Source of the DNA: an uncultured Pseudomonadales bacterium
GTDB taxonomy: Bacteria > Pseudomonadota > Gammaproteobacteria > Pseudomonadales > Litorivicinaceae
Direction: 5' to 3'
Assembly: GCA_964520465.1 (NCBI GenBank)
Contig: CAZFNA010000001.1
Span: 76,597-136,192, forward strand
Length of the DNA stretch: 59,596 nucleotides
Below the pieces are notes generated by a model, which was given only the letters and a program-made list of their open reading frames with translations, did not search any database and was not told the origin of the DNA. Below are positions 50,567 to 59,596 of the stretch, piece by piece. The stretch's first letter is position 1, and each line of letters starts with the position of its first letter. A program made the position numbers and the translations under genes.

Positions 50567-50850
50567 TGAAAAGAAGAATACCACTCTCTAGCCAAACTCC
50601 CTACCACAGGATGTCAAAACAAATGCCGAGGGTTGTCGTACTCAGCAAAAGAAGACTTTGTGCATAGCGCAGTCTCTTTGAGTCATAATTTTTTATAGAA
50701 AAACAGGCCGTGAGAACCATTCTTAAACTTGAATGATCCTCGTACAACATTACTGTTGTTCTGAGATTTTTGCCTAGGAAGCGCGCTTAATTCCATCTAG
50801 ATTTTGGATCTCAGGCGCAGGACATCTTGAACTGACTTCAAGGCACCAAG

Positions 50851-51210
50851 TCATCTTGTTACTAACTTTTCTTTGATACGTGCTGCCTTACCAGACAACT
50901 CGCGCAAATGGTAAAGTTTAGCCTTACGAACGTCACCACGCCGTTTGACGAGAATTGAATCAATTAATGGCGAATGAAGCTGAAATGTTCGTTCGACGCC
51001 CACACCGTGGGAAATTTTACGTACCATGAAACTGGAATGCAGCCCACGGTTTGACTTGGCTATGACAACTCCTTCATAAGCCTGCAGACGCTCACGCGTG
51101 CCCTCTTTTACTTTAACTTGCACCACCACTGTGTCGCCAGGTGCGAATGCAGCTACTTCTTTCTTCATTTGCTCTTGGTTGAGCGCTTCTATAATTGGAT
51201 TCATGCTCAT
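50851..51210 (-). CDS. rplS: 50S ribosomal protein L19
   Basis: [33 protein letters not shown]. Confidence 0.98.
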   Translation of the reverse strand: MSMNPIIEALNQEQMKKEVAAFAPGDTVVVQVKVKEGTRERLQAYEGVVIAKSNRGLHSSFMVRKISHGVGVERTFQLHSPLIDSILVKRRGDVRKAKLYHLRELSGKAARIKEKLVTR

Positions 51211-51944
51211 GGATTTGACTCCCTAATAAATTCATCCAGCAGGACCACGTCTGCGTCAGACAATTCCTGCTTCTCCAATATCTCGGGCCGACGTAACCAC
51301 GTTCGGCCCAAGGACTGCTTCCGGCGCCACTTGGCTATTACTCCGTGGTTTCCACTGAGTAAAACCTCTGGAGCACGTAAACCCGATACTTCATCAGGTC
51401 GAGTGTAGTGTGGACCCTCCAGCAACCCATCACTGAATGAATCTTGCTCTGCGCTACCGTCGTGGCCAAGTACCCCAGGAACTAATCGTGCAACCGCATC
51501 AAATAACGCTATAGCTGCAGGCTCCCCGCCTGAGAGAACAAAATCTCCCAGAGAAATTTCCAAATCAACATCAAGTTCAATCACTCGTTCATCAATCCCC
51601 TCATATCGACCGCACACCACAATCCACTCTGGCGTCTCTGCGAGGTCTCGCACCAGTCCCTGTGTCAGCCGATCGCCTTGAGGGCTTAAATAAATCACTA
51701 ATGCACTAGGTAAATCGACTTTAGCTTCTGCTATCGCCGCCCTGAGTGGGTCAACTTTCATAAGCATTCCGGGACCGCCCCCAAAGGGCCTATCATCCAC
51801 CGTCTTGTGTACGTCAGATGTGTGATCCCGAGGATTGAATATTTTAAGTTCAATCAGCCCTGATCTCAACGATCGACCCATAACTCCGTAATCTAAGGCA
51901 CCGGAAACCATGTTAGGAAGAAGACTAATAACGCCCCACTTCAC
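51207..51944 (-). CDS. trmD: tRNA (guanine-N1)-methyltransferase
   Basis: [36 protein letters not shown] start at 51944 overlaps the rimM stop. Confidence 0.97.
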   Translation of the reverse strand: MKWGVISLLPNMVSGALDYGVMGRSLRSGLIELKIFNPRDHTSDVHKTVDDRPFGGGPGMLMKVDPLRAAIAEAKVDLPSALVIYLSPQGDRLTQGLVRDLAETPEWIVVCGRYEGIDERVIELDVDLEISLGDFVLSGGEPAAIALFDAVARLVPGVLGHDGSAEQDSFSDGLLEGPHYTRPDEVSGLRAPEVLLSGNHGVIAKWRRKQSLGRTWLRRPEILEKQELSDADVVLLDEFIRESNP

Positions 51945-52486
51945 TAAAACTCGGGATCCCAATCCACTCGTATGAGACGTGCTTCTATGTTGACATCGAC
52001 TACAGCTTGGCTGATGAACGGGATCAAACGCTCGGCCTGATCAACACTTTCCAAATCTCCCCTTACGATTAACACATCGTTAGAGCCAGTGGCCATAACT
52101 GTCTTAACAACCCCCAATCTCCTGTCGTAGGTGGTTACTACCTGACAACCTTCTAAATCCCGCCAGTAAAACTCATTGCTTTCCAAGACCGGAAGGAAGC
52201 TTTCATCGACACCGATAAAACAATTCACCAAAGGTTCGATGTTAACTCGTTCCGAATAGCCGTCTAGCCGAACAATAAACCCTTTGCCGCGGCTTTTCCA
52301 TGTCTCAGGGTAAACCTCGATGCCAGCTATAGCGGGCCTGTCGCTGGATGTTTCCAAGCGGCGCGTTAACGTCCAAGGCTTCCAATCGAAGAGAGACTGC
52401 GGATTCTCGGTAAAACTATCCATCCAAACCCAGCCTTGCAAGCCATAGGGAGAGCGAATTCTTCCTACAACCATCAGTCCACCCAT
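51944..52486 (-). CDS. rimM: Ribosome maturation factor RimM
   Basis: [37 protein letters not shown]. Confidence 0.96.
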   Translation of the reverse strand: MGGLMVVGRIRSPYGLQGWVWMDSFTENPQSLFDWKPWTLTRRLETSSDRPAIAGIEVYPETWKSRGKGFIVRLDGYSERVNIEPLVNCFIGVDESFLPVLESNEFYWRDLEGCQVVTTYDRRLGVVKTVMATGSNDVLIVRGDLESVDQAERLIPFISQAVVDVNIEARLIRVDWDPEF

Positions 52487-52734
52487 TAGGCTGCCTGACG
52501 CGCATCCTTGATCAGACGCTTAACTCGATCTGAGGTCTTGGCGCCTAATTCAATCCAGTGATCAACCCGAGTCAGGTCAACCCTTAAACGCTCCGCTTGA
52601 CCCTGAGCCATCGGATTAAAAAAGCCAACTCGCTCTATAAAGCGACCGTCACGGGCATTCCTGCTGTCTGTCACTGTTAAGTGGTAGAAAGGGCGCTTCT
52701 TAGAACCGCCGCGTGAAAGACGAATCGTTACCAT
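52486..52734 (-). CDS. rpsP: 30S ribosomal protein S16
   Basis: [31 protein letters not shown]. Confidence 0.98.
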   Translation of the reverse strand: MVTIRLSRGGSKKRPFYHLTVTDSRNARDGRFIERVGFFNPMAQGQAERLRVDLTRVDHWIELGAKTSDRVKRLIKDARQAA

Positions 52735-52780
52735 ATTCCTTAAATCCTGTATTTGCTCTTCAGGGAAACTAAAAATCCGA

Positions 52781-52817
52781 GGCGCGCAATAATAATGAGT
52801 TTACACACAACTTACAA
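52781..52817 (-). promoter_or_regulatory. Putative stringently controlled sigma70 promoter of the rpsP-rimM-trmD-rplS operon
   Basis: TTGTAA-N17-TATTAT followed by GC-rich discriminator TGCGCGCC; the -35 overlaps the ffh stop. Confidence 0.6.
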
Positions 52818-54179
52818 CCGCGGCGTTCCTCCCGACGGCATCATTCCAGATATTCCGCGCATCATTTTTTGCATGCCGCCTTTTTTTCCCACTTTTTTCA
52901 TCATCTTGGACATTTGTTTGTGTTGCTTCAGCACTTTATTAACTTCCTGCACATCAGTTCCTGATCCCTTAGCAATCCGCTGCTTCCTGGATCCATTGAT
53001 AACCTCTGGATCATGACGCTCGATTAGTGTCATCGAGTTGATCACCGCTTCCATTCGAATAAATTGCTTATCATCAACATGTCTGGGGATGTGAGAGCCG
53101 CCCTGACCCACACCAGGCATTTTATCCATCAATGCCTTCATCCCGCCCATGCTCCGCATCTGCTCCAATTGGTCACGAAAATCCTCAAGATCAAAGCCCT
53201 TGCCTTTCAAAACTTTCTTAGCAACTTTTTCGGCTTTACCTTTGTCGAACTTCAGCTCTACTTCTTCAATTAAGCCCATAATATCGCCCATCCCCAGAAT
53301 CCGGGATGCAAGACGATCTGGATGAAATGCTTCAAGTCCATCGACGGTCTCACCGACACCCATAAACTTAATTGGCTGGCCGGTAATAGTTTTTACAGAA
53401 AGCGCTGCACCGCCGCGTGCGTCGCCATCAGCCTTAGTCAAAATCACGCCAGTTAGAGGCAAAACCTCAGCAAATACTTTTGCCGTATTTGCTGCATCTT
53501 GCCCAGTCATAGCATCCACAACAAATAGGGTTTCCACCGGGTTCAAGACTTCATGCAGCCCAGATATCTCCTGCATCATGGCTTCATCGATCCCAAGCCG
53601 CCCCGCTGTATCAACAATGAGCATGTCATAAGCTGAGCCAGTTGCCTTTTTCAACGCCTGCCGTGCTAGCTCCATAGGCGTCTGATCAGTAGTTGAGGGG
53701 AAAACATCGACTTCAATCTGCGCGCCTAAGGTCGCAAGCTGCTTTATGGCAGCCGGACGATAGACATCTACACTGACCATCAAAACTTTTTTCTTCTCTC
53801 TTGTAGTAAAGAATCTAGCTAGTTTAGCCGCTGTCGTTGTTTTTCCAGCACCCTGCAAGCCAGCAAGCAGCACAATCGCAGGCGGCCGCTGTGCTAAATT
53901 TAAAGTCTCGGATTGCCCGCCTAGCGCGCCCTCAAGCTCACTTTGAACCACTTTCAAGAATTGCTGTCCCGGAGTAAGGCTCGCTCTGACTTCGCTGCCA
54001 AGTGCTCGAGTTCTGACTTGAGATATAAATTGTTTGACAACTGGTAATGCCACATCCGCCTCTAGCAAAGCTTTACGGACATCTTTGAGCGTAGTAGAAA
54101 TATTATCTTCCGTTAATCGAGCTTTTTTGCCCATAGACTGCAACGTTTTTGAAAGCCGTTCGCTTAACGAATTAAACAT
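52812..54179 (-). CDS. ffh: Signal recognition particle protein
   Basis: GLQGAGKTT, DTAGR, TKADGDARGGAALS, Met-rich M domain. Confidence 0.98.
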   Translation of the reverse strand: MFNSLSERLSKTLQSMGKKARLTEDNISTTLKDVRKALLEADVALPVVKQFISQVRTRALGSEVRASLTPGQQFLKVVQSELEGALGGQSETLNLAQRPPAIVLLAGLQGAGKTTTAAKLARFFTTREKKKVLMVSVDVYRPAAIKQLATLGAQIEVDVFPSTTDQTPMELARQALKKATGSAYDMLIVDTAGRLGIDEAMMQEISGLHEVLNPVETLFVVDAMTGQDAANTAKVFAEVLPLTGVILTKADGDARGGAALSVKTITGQPIKFMGVGETVDGLEAFHPDRLASRILGMGDIMGLIEEVELKFDKGKAEKVAKKVLKGKGFDLEDFRDQLEQMRSMGGMKALMDKMPGVGQGGSHIPRHVDDKQFIRMEAVINSMTLIERHDPEVINGSRKQRIAKGSGTDVQEVNKVLKQHKQMSKMMKKVGKKGGMQKMMRGISGMMPSGGTPRL

Positions 54180-54240
54180 AAGTTCTCTTTAGCATGAAGA
54201 TCGACCACACTATAATAACGAAAAAATGGTTCAAAGTTAG

Positions 54241-55032
54241 ATGATGTCACTATTTTTACAGGGATTGCTTGCGGCTTTTGCCTTGAGCGCGACCGGAGTT
54301 CTTCAACTCAGAGCGTTCAGACAAGGAAAAATCCTAGATGTAACGGCCCTAATAACCGGCTCGATTGGGTTAGGGTTAACTGCGGTCTTGGTTATCAGCG
54401 GACTAAACGAGAATGGCGGACGACCAACAACTGGGCTAATGGGATCAATGCTTGGAGCTCTGTTGCTGATGATTGTCTTGGGCTCGAGCTTAAGACACCC
54501 TGTAAACTCTCTGCTGATTGGAGTAGCCCCATTAACGGGAATTTTCGCCGTCATCACGGCGCTAGTCACGCCATCAAATAGCAATGTGCCGCCACTAAAT
54601 ATTGAGGCTGTATCGCATGTTGCCGCCTCGATCGTGGCATATGGTTCCGTGGCTTATGCAGGTACTCTGGCTGTTTTGCTATCCTGGCAAAATGCAAAGT
54701 TGAAAGAACGCCCCTTGAAACCACTAATTGCTGCAATGCCCCCAATTGATGCAATGTCTTATTTATTTTTACGTACTGTGCAAGCAGCCTGGTTGATGCT
54801 TACGATTTCCTTAATTACGGGAGTCGCCTACATCGAAGACTTTTGGGCCCAACATCTTGCACACAAGACAGTCTTATCTGTTTTTGCGTGGTGCGGCATG
54901 GGGCTGGCTCTCTGGCAACATTTTCAAAAGGGTGGAGTAACCCAAACGATGCGCAAAACCTCAATCGCAGCGGCAGTTATGCTCTTCATTGGTTACATAG
55001 GTAGCAAAGCGATCATGGAATTTATACTGTGA
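54241..55032 (+). CDS. ypjD: Cytochrome c assembly family inner-membrane protein (YpjD-like)
   Basis: About 8 TMs, AQHLAHKTVLS motif; divergent from ffh as in other Gammaproteobacteria. Confidence 0.8.
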   Translation: MMSLFLQGLLAAFALSATGVLQLRAFRQGKILDVTALITGSIGLGLTAVLVISGLNENGGRPTTGLMGSMLGALLLMIVLGSSLRHPVNSLLIGVAPLTGIFAVITALVTPSNSNVPPLNIEAVSHVAASIVAYGSVAYAGTLAVLLSWQNAKLKERPLKPLIAAMPPIDAMSYLFLRTVQAAWLMLTISLITGVAYIEDFWAQHLAHKTVLSVFAWCGMGLALWQHFQKGGVTQTMRKTSIAAAVMLFIGYIGSKAIMEFIL

Positions 55033-55044
55033 CGGGCACTATCT

Positions 55045-56364
55045 TTGAGTGATATTTCAAACGAAGCACTGGTTATCCTATTAGTCGTTCTGATTTTTTT
55101 ATCAGGCTTTTTTTCAAGTTCTGAGACAGGCCTCATGGCGATCAATCGAGTGCGGCTGCAACATCGGGCTGAGGAGGGTTCTAAAACAGCATCTAGGATT
55201 TTGACCTTGCTCGAACGTCCAGATCGGCTAATAGGCCTTATTTTGATTGGCAACAACTTCGTAAATATTTTAGCTTCCGCAATTGCAACTGTTTTATCAG
55301 TTCGGATCTTTGGGGATGCTGGGGTCGCGATTTCTACGGGCATTCTGACATTGGTCATTCTGATTTTTGCTGAGGTTACTCCTAAAACATTTGCAGCACT
55401 TTATCCAGAGCGGATAGCTGGACCTTCTAGTTTTATTCTGCTTCCACTTCTGAAGATAACTTACCCTTTAGTATGGATGACAAATTTACTTTCTAACGGG
55501 CTCTTGAAATTGCTTGGCATTAACTCCGATAGTTCAAATCATGATCGGCTTACAAAAGAAGAACTGCGCACTATAATGATGCAAAGCGGTCATCGGATTC
55601 CAGAGCGCCACCATGGAATGCTGCTGTCCATCTTGGATTTAGAAAAAATTCAAGTTGATGAAATTATGGTGCCTCGAGGTGAAATTATTGGGCTAAATCT
55701 ATCAAATGAAGTAGAAGAGCTCGTAGACCAATTGCGCTCCACACAACATACACGGCTTCCCATCTTTGAGGAGGAAATAGAAGTGCTGATTGGGGTATTA
55801 CATGCTAGAACAGCACTTAAATTAATAGATAATAATGAGTTATTGTTAAATGAACGAGAATTCAAGAACAGACTGATTGAATTATGCGAAGAGCCGTATT
55901 TTATTCCACAAAGCGCACCGCTCCATACTCAACTGTTTAATTTTCAAAAAGAGCGAGAACGATTAGCTGTAGTCGTGGATGAGTACGGAGAAATTGAGGG
56001 CCTAGTTACAATCGACGATATTCTTGAAGAGATTGTCGGCGAATTCACTACTGACCATATACAAGAAACTTCTCCAGACGTTCACCCACAAGAAAATAAG
56101 ACTTTTATTATTGACGGTTCCGCAACCATGAGGGATCTGAATAGAATTCTCAAATGGGAACTGCCAACAAACGGACCCAGAACTATTAGTGGATTAATTG
56201 TTGAATTACTAGAGTTCATTCCAGAACATGTACTTGGAGTACGTCACGGTGATTATTATTTTGAAGTTCTTGCGATCCAAGATAACAGAGTGCGCTCAGT
56301 CAGAGCTTGGAGATTTGATTCGACTGGAAACGATACTCAAAAACCGTTTAAAAAAATTATTTAA
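55045..56364 (+). CDS. CNNM/HlyC-CorC family Mg2+/Co2+ transporter (YfjD/CorB-like)
   Basis: SGFFSSSETGL, ILIGNNFVN, FAEVTPKT, CBS pair (VVDEYGE, DILEEIVGEF), CorC domain. Confidence 0.92.
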   Translation: MSDISNEALVILLVVLIFLSGFFSSSETGLMAINRVRLQHRAEEGSKTASRILTLLERPDRLIGLILIGNNFVNILASAIATVLSVRIFGDAGVAISTGILTLVILIFAEVTPKTFAALYPERIAGPSSFILLPLLKITYPLVWMTNLLSNGLLKLLGINSDSSNHDRLTKEELRTIMMQSGHRIPERHHGMLLSILDLEKIQVDEIMVPRGEIIGLNLSNEVEELVDQLRSTQHTRLPIFEEEIEVLIGVLHARTALKLIDNNELLLNEREFKNRLIELCEEPYFIPQSAPLHTQLFNFQKERERLAVVVDEYGEIEGLVTIDDILEEIVGEFTTDHIQETSPDVHPQENKTFIIDGSATMRDLNRILKWELPTNGPRTISGLIVELLEFIPEHVLGVRHGDYYFEVLAIQDNRVRSVRAWRFDSTGNDTQKPFKKII

Positions 56365-56597
56365 TTATTAGATCCGACTTTTCACCAGGCAGATAGATTT
56401 CATCCACGTGCTTTCTTCAATGGCACCCCTTAATGAACAAGGACAGATTCGGCAACTAACAATATCAACGGCACCAGCCGGCCCGTATCGATAAAAATCA
56501 ACCAACTATTGCGAGTTAAATTGGTACAGTTTTTCAACAGCACGCTGTTTCCTCATCTGCAATTGGTTAATAATAATGTCAAAATTTGGAGAAACCC

Positions 56598-57149
56598 ATG
56601 AACTTTTGCCCAAACTGCGGTGGCACTACAGTACGTCAGGTTCCAGAAGGCGATAATCGTCTTCGAGATCTCTGTGAACCCTGCGGGATAATACATTATG
56701 AAAATCCCAAAATTATTGCAGGATGCGTGGTTCTCAAAGAAGAAAAAGTTCTGCTGTGCAAGCGTGCGATCGAACCCCGTTATGGATTATGGACCCTTCC
56801 GGCCGGTTTTATGGAAAATGGAGAGACAGTAGCTGAAGCGGCGCTTCGCGAAACATGGGAAGAAGCTCGAGCTACGCCAGAATTAGATAAGCTTTATGTA
56901 GTCACTTCGATTCCAGCTATATGCCAAGTTTACATGTTGTATCTCTCTTTTTTGATTGATGGACAATATGAGTCTGGCCCAGAAAGCTTGGATACACAGC
57001 TTTTCAAAATGAGCGAAATCCCATGGGACGACCTCGCGTTTCACACCGTAAGGGATACACTTCTACACTTGAAACGTGATCTTGAAGCAAAAAAATTCAC
57101 TATGCTAAGTATAGATCATGAAAAGGTTTCAACTACCATAAATGTATAA
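56598..57149 (+). CDS. NUDIX hydrolase with N-terminal zinc ribbon
   Basis: MNFCPNCG..CEPCG..HYENPK, Nudix box GFMENGETVAEAALRETWEEA. ATG 56598 after GGAG. Confidence 0.9.
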   Translation: MNFCPNCGGTTVRQVPEGDNRLRDLCEPCGIIHYENPKIIAGCVVLKEEKVLLCKRAIEPRYGLWTLPAGFMENGETVAEAALRETWEEARATPELDKLYVVTSIPAICQVYMLYLSFLIDGQYESGPESLDTQLFKMSEIPWDDLAFHTVRDTLLHLKRDLEAKKFTMLSIDHEKVSTTINV

Positions 57150-57678
57150 ATTTACAGAGCAATTTTCTGAACACAAATAAGACCGGAAGTGGTTTTAACA
57201 TAAAGATATACTCGATAAAGCGTGATTTTACCTGCAACCAAAAGATATGAAAGGTACCACGGCAATAATCTAAAAAACGCTAAGCCGGTCTCATGAATCG
57301 CTCACAATCACAGTTGAACCCAGCCTTTGCTCTAAATTGAAATCTGCTCAAAACCTGTCATGAAAATTGACTGGGAGAACATAAACACCCAAGTTTTAAT
57401 TCACACACCAGTTTTTATAAGCTCTTTGGCGAGCTTAATAGTAAACAAAGCCAATTTGCACTTGGGTACCCTTAAGAAATCTCTCCAATTTTTCTTTTGG
57501 CCCCGCATAGAAAAGCGAAAAAATATAGTTATTCATTCAAGATAAAACTTACGGGCCCGCTGTATCTGCAATAGTGGACAACTTATCTGGAAACCTATTG
57601 ACGAGTATATTTTTTCATAGCAAGGTTTCAAAAAATAATTGCCAATTTAGAATTACAGAAGGGTTACAGAGTTAAGTC

Positions 57679-57882
57679 ATGTTGGTACTAACCCGTAAAA
57701 TTGGCGAGAAAGTGATGATAGGGGATGAAATTTCCATCACTATTTTAGGCCTTTCTGGCAGTCATGTGCGTTTGGGTATTAATGCCCCTAAAAAATTAGA
57801 GATTCACCGCGAAGAGATATATGTAAAAATTCAGAGTGAGTCCCAGGATGCTGATTTAAAACAATTCACAATCAGCCAATGA
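57679..57882 (+). CDS. csrA: Carbon storage regulator CsrA/RsmA family
   Basis: [34 protein letters not shown]. Confidence 0.93.
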   Translation: MLVLTRKIGEKVMIGDEISITILGLSGSHVRLGINAPKKLEIHREEIYVKIQSESQDADLKQFTISQ

Positions 57883-57942
57883 TTTTATCATGAGAATGGG
57901 GAGCGCCTTGTAAACTGATGTGTTGTACTCATTAAGATTCCC

Positions 57943-59172
57943 ATGCAGCGTTTAAATTCAAAACTATTAATAATCGGTATAGCTATTTTTGCAGCAAGTA
58001 TCGGAGGTTTTTTTGCTCTTTCGAACTCAAAACCAACAGCATCATTGAAAAAATTTACCCCAACCGCCTGGAGAGTTTCAAGCCAATTCGTCAGCCTGGA
58101 AACTGTATCCCCTGTCTTTAATGGATTTGGTAAAATAGAAAACCCTGATACCCAGACGATCAAGGCCCGCATTGCGACAGATGTGATTGCGGTCTATGTA
58201 AAAGAAGGGGGGCACGTCGAAAAAGGCGATCTTTTGATTGAACTCGACTCAATTGATGTGGATATCAAACGTGCTAAGGCAAGATCAAGTATAGCCAATG
58301 CACGTTTACAGTTAATCACACTGGATATAACGGAAGCCAAAGATTTAGAAGCCCTCGAGTTTGATCAAGAGGCGCTCAAAATCTTGACGCATAAATTATC
58401 TCGGATCACCGACCTGCGCAAAAGTAATCTTTCGAGTGAACAGGATCTAGATATTGCTCGCCAAGCTGTAGTCCAACAAAAACTTCAAATCAATCGAAGA
58501 GAGCTCGCACTGGCAACTGTCGAATCCAAGCGGGTGCAGGCGATGACTGCTATTGAGCAATCTAAAGTTGAGTTAAGAGCTGCTATACGGGATTTCAAAT
58601 CAACTCTTATATTTGCCCCAACTAATGGACAATTGATTTCTGTTTCAGTATTGGCCGGAGATCGCATTTCCGCTCATCAAAATTTAATGACTTTTGCACC
58701 TAATTCTGGCCGTGAAGTGCGGGTACAGGTCCCAGCTTCGGTTGGACAAAGAATGTCCGCGAGTTTAGCAAATAATGGAGGCTTGTCCGCGCAAACAGAC
58801 AGAGGCCACCAACTCCGATTAATGCGTGTTTCAGGAGCTGTGCAGCATAATACGGGATCAATTGATGTATTTTTTACATCTGATCAGTCTCTGCCGGCAA
58901 CTGGCACAGTGCTGTCTGTTGCGGCGCAGCTACCTGCCCAATCCGAAGTAGTAGTTTTACCAACTGATGCCCTATACGGAGGTAATCTAATCTACAGAAT
59001 TACTGACGGTAATTTGCTGGAAGCATTGACGATTATCCGATTGGGACAACGACCTGGACCTGAAAAAACTGAAGTACTGATCCGTTCTGACAAATTACAG
59101 GATGGAGATCAAATCCTCACTTCAAGACTCCCTGCTGCGGTTTCAGGTCTCAGGGTTGAGGCTATTCAGTGA
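57943..59172 (+). CDS. RND periplasmic adaptor (membrane fusion protein)
   Basis: N-terminal TM, VKEGGHVEKGD, long coiled coil, IFAPTNG, LPTDALY. Confidence 0.85.
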   Translation: MQRLNSKLLIIGIAIFAASIGGFFALSNSKPTASLKKFTPTAWRVSSQFVSLETVSPVFNGFGKIENPDTQTIKARIATDVIAVYVKEGGHVEKGDLLIELDSIDVDIKRAKARSSIANARLQLITLDITEAKDLEALEFDQEALKILTHKLSRITDLRKSNLSSEQDLDIARQAVVQQKLQINRRELALATVESKRVQAMTAIEQSKVELRAAIRDFKSTLIFAPTNGQLISVSVLAGDRISAHQNLMTFAPNSGREVRVQVPASVGQRMSASLANNGGLSAQTDRGHQLRLMRVSGAVQHNTGSIDVFFTSDQSLPATGTVLSVAAQLPAQSEVVVLPTDALYGGNLIYRITDGNLLEALTIIRLGQRPGPEKTEVLIRSDKLQDGDQILTSRLPAAVSGLRVEAIQ

Positions 59173-59596
59173 TTACGCTTGTCCATATGTTTGCAAAACA
59201 TCGAGTGGCGGCCAATCTACTCATGGTTTTAATGGTTTTAGCAGGATTGCTAGGCATCGATCGACTTCGAACACAATTTTTTCCAACCTTTGACCTGGAT
59301 ATCATAATCGTATCCGTTATCTGGTCAGGAGCAACGGCTGAAGATATTCAAGAAGGCCTCACAATTCCAATTGAAAATGCCATTGAAGAACTGCCTTTCA
59401 TCGACTCGATAGATGCAACAAGTCAATTTGGCTCATCGAACTTTCGCATTGAATTGATTGAGGGCAGCAATCTCCCAAAAGCTCTGGATGATATCAGCCA
59501 GCGCATTACTCAAAATCTTGGATTGCCCGAGGGCGCTGAAGATCCCATTGTATCTTCACTAACCCGCTACGAGGACATTTCAAACCTACTTATTAC
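59169..59596 (+). CDS. RND efflux transporter permease, 5' part (runs off window)
   Basis: GTG overlapping the adaptor stop; manual translation ..MFAKHRVAANLLMVLM..QFFPTFDLDIIIVSVIWSGATAEDIQEGLTIPIENAI. Confidence 0.88.
   Translation, partial: MITLVHMFAKHRVAANLLMVLMVLAGLLGIDRLRTQFFPTFDLDIIIVSVIWSGATAEDIQEGLTIPIENAIEELPFIDSIDATSQFGSSNFRIELIEGSNLPKALDDISQRITQNLGLPEGAEDPIVSSLTRYEDISNLLI

Noticed and set aside
50590-50850. GGA motifs including ACAGGATGT on the plus strand as a CsrB/RsmY-like sRNA
   Set aside because: Only about four GGA in ~260 nt, not above chance; no repeated stem-loops or terminator.
1-59596. tRNA, rRNA, CRISPR arrays, IS elements, long direct repeats
   Set aside because: None recognised by eye in any intergenic region; tRNAscan-SE, Infernal and a repeat finder would be needed to exclude them formally.

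Overview
Chromosomal segment of a bacterium, most likely a marine Gammaproteobacterium. This is inferred from the ffh-rpsP-rimM-trmD-rplS-xerD-dsbC-alaC-hom-thrC-recJ and prfB-lysS gene order and from the metabolic content. The left third (1-19.3 kb) is a methylated-amine/one-carbon block: a sarcosine-oxidase/N-methylglutamate-dehydrogenase-type heterotetramer coupled to an aldehyde dehydrogenase and an M19 dipeptidase-like hydrolase, a two-subunit NAD-dependent formate dehydrogenase, and gcvTHP-lipA behind a tandem glycine riboswitch. The right half is mostly housekeeping genes and transporters, including prfB with its programmed +1 frameshift. Two clear pseudogenes are present (EamA, FAH family). 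The most unusual element is an intact, tightly packed five-gene operon at 21.2-25.6 kb, just downstream of lysS. By eye it is a miniaturised derivative of the NHLM/NHLP bacteriocin export module (cNMP-domain, HlyD, ABC1, ABC2, cNMP-domain). Every catalytic feature appears lost: Walker A/B, ABC signature, C39 cysteine, HlyD hairpin and cNMP phosphate-binding cassette. No precursor or maturase is nearby. No tRNA, rRNA, CRISPR array or IS element was seen. All family assignments are by visual motif recognition; no database searches were run.
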